Source: an uncultured Chitinophagales bacterium
Lineage (GTDB): Bacteria; Bacteroidota; Bacteroidia; Chitinophagales; JAHDHT01
NCBI GenBank assembly: GCA_938023075.1
Contig: CALHDG010000077.1
Location: forward strand, 1-28,623
Reading direction: 5' to 3'
DNA length: 28,623 bases
The notes under the pieces are model-generated. The model saw only the letters and a list, made by a program, of their open reading frames with translations, was not told the DNA's origin and did not search any database. Numbering within the stretch: position 1 is the stretch's first letter; the number at the start of each line of letters is the position of its first letter. The translations under genes were made by a program, and so were the position numbers. This document shows positions 25,858 to 28,623 of this stretch, in pieces.

Positions 25858-27285
25858 ATGTCAAAACATCATCATAAGCAATCATCAAGAAGAAAATTTT
25901 TAAGCCGCTTAGGTTTGGGTTGTGCCCATGTAGGTGCAGTATCACTACTTAGTGGTATGACGAATATGACGGTACTTAATGCAGCCGCAAAATCAAACTT
26001 TAGCTTTGTAAATAACGAGCCAACCGGCTACAAAGCATTGGTTTGTATACTTTTAGCAGGTGGTAATGATAGCTTTAATATGCTAACACCACGCGGAAAT
26101 GATGAATATAATGAATATGCATCTGTAAGAACCAATTTAGCATTGGAACAAAATTCATTATTGCCCATTAATCCCTTAAATCCTGATGGAAAACAATATG
26201 GTTTACATCCGAATTTGCCCAAAACTCAAGCCTTGTTCGAAAATGAAAATTTGGCTTTTGTAGCAAATGTTGGCGCATTGGTAAGACCCACCACACTTAA
26301 CGATGTAAAAATAGGCAATAAATTACCCTTAGGGCTTTACTCTCACTCCGACCAACAGTTGCATTGGCAAACCTCGGTACCCAACGATAGGTCTTCTTTA
26401 GGTTGGGGTGGAAAATTAGCCGACATTGTGCGGGCTAATAATAACAATCAAGATATATCAATGAACATTTCATTAGATGGGGTGAACTTGTTTCAAAAAG
26501 GCAGAACCCTTTCGCCTTACGCCATCACCCGCAAAAATAATGGCAGTGTGTTAATCAAAAATTTCAGCGATAATAGCTTTTACGAAACTTTAAAAAGAGA
26601 AGCCGTTGAAGATTTGGTAACCAACAATTACGCTAATGTGCTTGAAAAAGCCTTAGCTAAAAGTTTTAATAAAGCCACGGGCAACTCGGTAACCTTTGAT
26701 GCGGCTTTGGCTGCTGCCGGAGATGTTACCACAACTTTTAGTGGAGGTTCTTTATCAGATAAGTTGAAAATGGTAGCCCGTACCATTAAAGCCAGAGATA
26801 TTTTTGATGTAAAACGACAAACCTTTTTTATTAACGCCGGTGGCTATGATACGCACGATGAAATTTTAGACAACCACGCTAATTTAATGAGAACTTTAGA
26901 TGACGGTCTTCACTCATTTAACGAAGCAATGATAGAACTTGGCTTAGAAGACCAGGTAACCACCTTCACCATGTCTGACTTTGGCAGAAAATTAATTTCA
27001 AATGGAGATGGGTCGGACCATGCTTGGGGCGGGCATTCGCTTATTATGGGCGGGGCAGTTAAGGGTAAAAGAATTTATGGCGCATATCCTGAGTTGTACC
27101 CCGGTGCACCATTAGATGTAGGTGCAGGACGGATATTACCTACCACTTCATGCGATGAATACTTTTCGGAATTAGCCTTATGGTTTGGGGTAAACCATAG
27201 TCAGTTAGTAGATATTTACCCAAACATTAAAAATTTCTATCAACCAATTTCTAATACGCAACCCATAGGCTTTATGGCTTTGTAA
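25858..27285 (+). CDS. DUF1501-family (sulfatase/phosphatase-superfamily-like) Tat-secreted protein
   Basis: Twin-arginine signal 'SRRKFLSRLGLG'. 'ILLAGGNDSFNML' matches the DUF1501 'GGxDxxN' motif. The C-terminus has 'GDGSDHAWGGHSLIMGG' (the DH..G block). Confidence 0.7.
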   Translation: MSKHHHKQSSRRKFLSRLGLGCAHVGAVSLLSGMTNMTVLNAAAKSNFSFVNNEPTGYKALVCILLAGGNDSFNMLTPRGNDEYNEYASVRTNLALEQNSLLPINPLNPDGKQYGLHPNLPKTQALFENENLAFVANVGALVRPTTLNDVKIGNKLPLGLYSHSDQQLHWQTSVPNDRSSLGWGGKLADIVRANNNNQDISMNISLDGVNLFQKGRTLSPYAITRKNNGSVLIKNFSDNSFYETLKREAVEDLVTNNYANVLEKALAKSFNKATGNSVTFDAALAAAGDVTTTFSGGSLSDKLKMVARTIKARDIFDVKRQTFFINAGGYDTHDEILDNHANLMRTLDDGLHSFNEAMIELGLEDQVTTFTMSDFGRKLISNGDGSDHAWGGHSLIMGGAVKGKRIYGAYPELYPGAPLDVGAGRILPTTSCDEYFSELALWFGVNHSQLVDIYPNIKNFYQPISNTQPIGFMAL

Positions 27286-27318
27286 ATAAACTCATAGTGT
27301 TAAAAATTTAAATAATAA

Positions 27319-28623
27319 ATGACATATATAAACAAAATATTATTTACACTACTGTTTGTTGGAGGCTTTCAACTGTATGTACAAAGCCAATGTGTAGATG
27401 ATACCAACTATTGGGAAAATAGTTGGGTATCGTGCGAAACGCGTACTAATCCAAATCCGTTAAGAGGTAATTCGTATTGGATTAATTACCAATTTAGCCA
27501 ACCTGAAGCCATAACCGATATTCATTTTTGGAATGCTAACAAAAGGGGCGAAAGTGCTACCGGAGCAAAAGATATTATTATAGATTATTCAATTGACGGC
27601 GTTAATTGGATTAATGAAGGATTTTATACTTTACCACAAGCTAATGAATCTAATAACTATAGAGGAGTAACTCTTACCAATTTAAACGGTCAATTTGTTC
27701 AAAAAATATTAGTAACCGTTCAAAATAATCATAACAATACCAATTGTGTTTCATTAGCCGAAGTAAGATTTGGTGTAGATGAAAATGTATGTTACGAAGA
27801 ATTGGATGCCTGCGGAGTATGTAACGGTCCGGGTGCTACCAAATGGTATTTAGATGCTGATAACGACGGGCAAGGCAACCCTGATATTAACTTATTAGCC
27901 TGCAACCAACCGGCAGGTTATACTTCAAATGGAAACGACCCTTGTGATGATTTAGCTTTTGGATGGTCGGAAATAAGTACTATTTTTAATAGCAATGGTT
28001 GTACAGGTTGCCACGGCGGTGGTGCTGCCGGTGGTTTAGATTTACGAACTTACGAAGCCGCCATGTTAGGAGGTAACAAATGTGGTACTAATATTTTTAC
28101 TGCTGATAACTTAGTGCGTATTATTACCGAAACCGGTTATGAGGGATGTACCTCGCCTATTGCAGGACAAAGCATGAACGACAGAGTTGGTGGAAATATA
28201 GATGCCGAAGAGTTGGCAATGATACAAGCTTGGGTAAACACCGGAGCTGCTGAAAATTGTTCATCTAATTTGGTACAAAACATTGCAGTAAACAAACCTG
28301 CCACCCAATCTTCAACCGATTTTAACGGAGTAGCCGCAAGAGCAGTAGACGGTAATACTAATGGTGTGTATAGACAAGGCTCAACAACACATACGGTTAA
28401 TGAAATAGGTTGGTGGAGAGTAGATTTATTGGATATTTACGACATTTCATCTATTAAAATACATAATAGAACCGACTGTTGTGCAGACCGTATTGAAAAT
28501 AGTTCTGTATATGTAGGTAATGTTGATAGCAGCAACCCTAACGACTATACCAAGGTAGGTGATTTGAACAATCTTACTGTAAATGAATTGTCCAACCTCA
28601 ACTTGCAAGGTCGCTATGTAATG
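27319..28623 (+). CDS. Secreted multidomain protein, truncated at the window end. Domain order: discoidin/galactose-binding-like domain, TSP3-like Ca-binding repeat, a CxxCH c-type heme motif (PSCyt1-like) and an F-type lectin (fucolectin) domain.
   Basis: The frame runs open from the ATG at 27319 to the window end (translated by hand). Signal 'ILFTLLFVGGFQLYVQSQ'. 'DADNDGQGNPDI...DPCDD'. 'NGCTGCHGGGAAGGLDLRTYE' (CxxCH followed by GGLDL, as in planctomycete-type cytochrome domains). The F-lectin hallmark is 'AVDGNTNGVYRQGSTTHT...WWRVDL...IKIHNRTDCCADRI...VYVG'. Confidence 0.65.
   Translation, partial: MTYINKILFTLLFVGGFQLYVQSQCVDDTNYWENSWVSCETRTNPNPLRGNSYWINYQFSQPEAITDIHFWNANKRGESATGAKDIIIDYSIDGVNWINEGFYTLPQANESNNYRGVTLTNLNGQFVQKILVTVQNNHNNTNCVSLAEVRFGVDENVCYEELDACGVCNGPGATKWYLDADNDGQGNPDINLLACNQPAGYTSNGNDPCDDLAFGWSEISTIFNSNGCTGCHGGGAAGGLDLRTYEAAMLGGNKCGTNIFTADNLVRIITETGYEGCTSPIAGQSMNDRVGGNIDAEELAMIQAWVNTGAAENCSSNLVQNIAVNKPATQSSTDFNGVAARAVDGNTNGVYRQGSTTHTVNEIGWWRVDLLDIYDISSIKIHNRTDCCADRIENSSVYVGNVDSSNPNDYTKVGDLNNLTVNELSNLNLQGRYVM

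Overview
This 28.6-kb window is AT-rich and looks like a chromosomal region of a Bacteroidota bacterium, probably a marine Flavobacteriia-type organism. That guess rests on SusC/SusD hallmarks, Bacteroidetes-style lipoprotein signals and a laminarin-type PUL. There are about 21 protein-coding genes and no rRNA, tRNA or CRISPR. In order along the window:

- **633-2588:** a sugar-phosphate isomerase/epimerase (TIM barrel) followed by a DUF1080 '3-keto-glycoside hydrolase'-like secreted protein.
- **2604-4537 (minus):** an AT-rich two-gene module made of an N-terminal TIR-domain single-pass membrane protein and, 5 nt downstream, a secreted protein built from three carboxypeptidase-regulatory-like beta-sandwich repeats. 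This is the candidate novel system.
- **4777-7910:** a pterin cluster. A bifunctional FolB-FolK gene and an SDR pteridine-reductase-like gene are transcribed divergently from a Zn-less MDR-type dehydrogenase and a non-canonical PTPS/QueD-fold protein.
- **7947-10290:** a lipoprotein of unknown function and a DnaQ-exonuclease::GIY-YIG (Cho-like) fusion.
- **10465-18206 (minus):** a SusC-SusD-PKD(SGBP)-GH16 (Calx-beta + laminarinase) PUL.
- **18382-22316 (minus):** an M14 carboxypeptidase lipoprotein, then a flotillin with its NfeD partner.
- **22706-23419:** pdxJ.
- **23994-end:** a DUF1800 gene, a Tat-secreted DUF1501 gene, and a truncated secreted protein that combines discoidin-like, CxxCH (PSCyt1-like) and F-type-lectin domains.

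Outside the genes there are two families of dispersed, structured intergenic repeats. The first is a ~145-bp MITE-like element with terminal inverted repeats, present in 2 copies. The second is a ~115-bp element with 2 full copies plus one partial copy, and the two full copies differ by a compensatory base-pair change in a hairpin stem. There is also a GC-rich nested inverted-repeat element upstream of the DUF1800 gene, and a few candidate terminators. All calls are made by eye from the sequence and motifs; no database searches were run.
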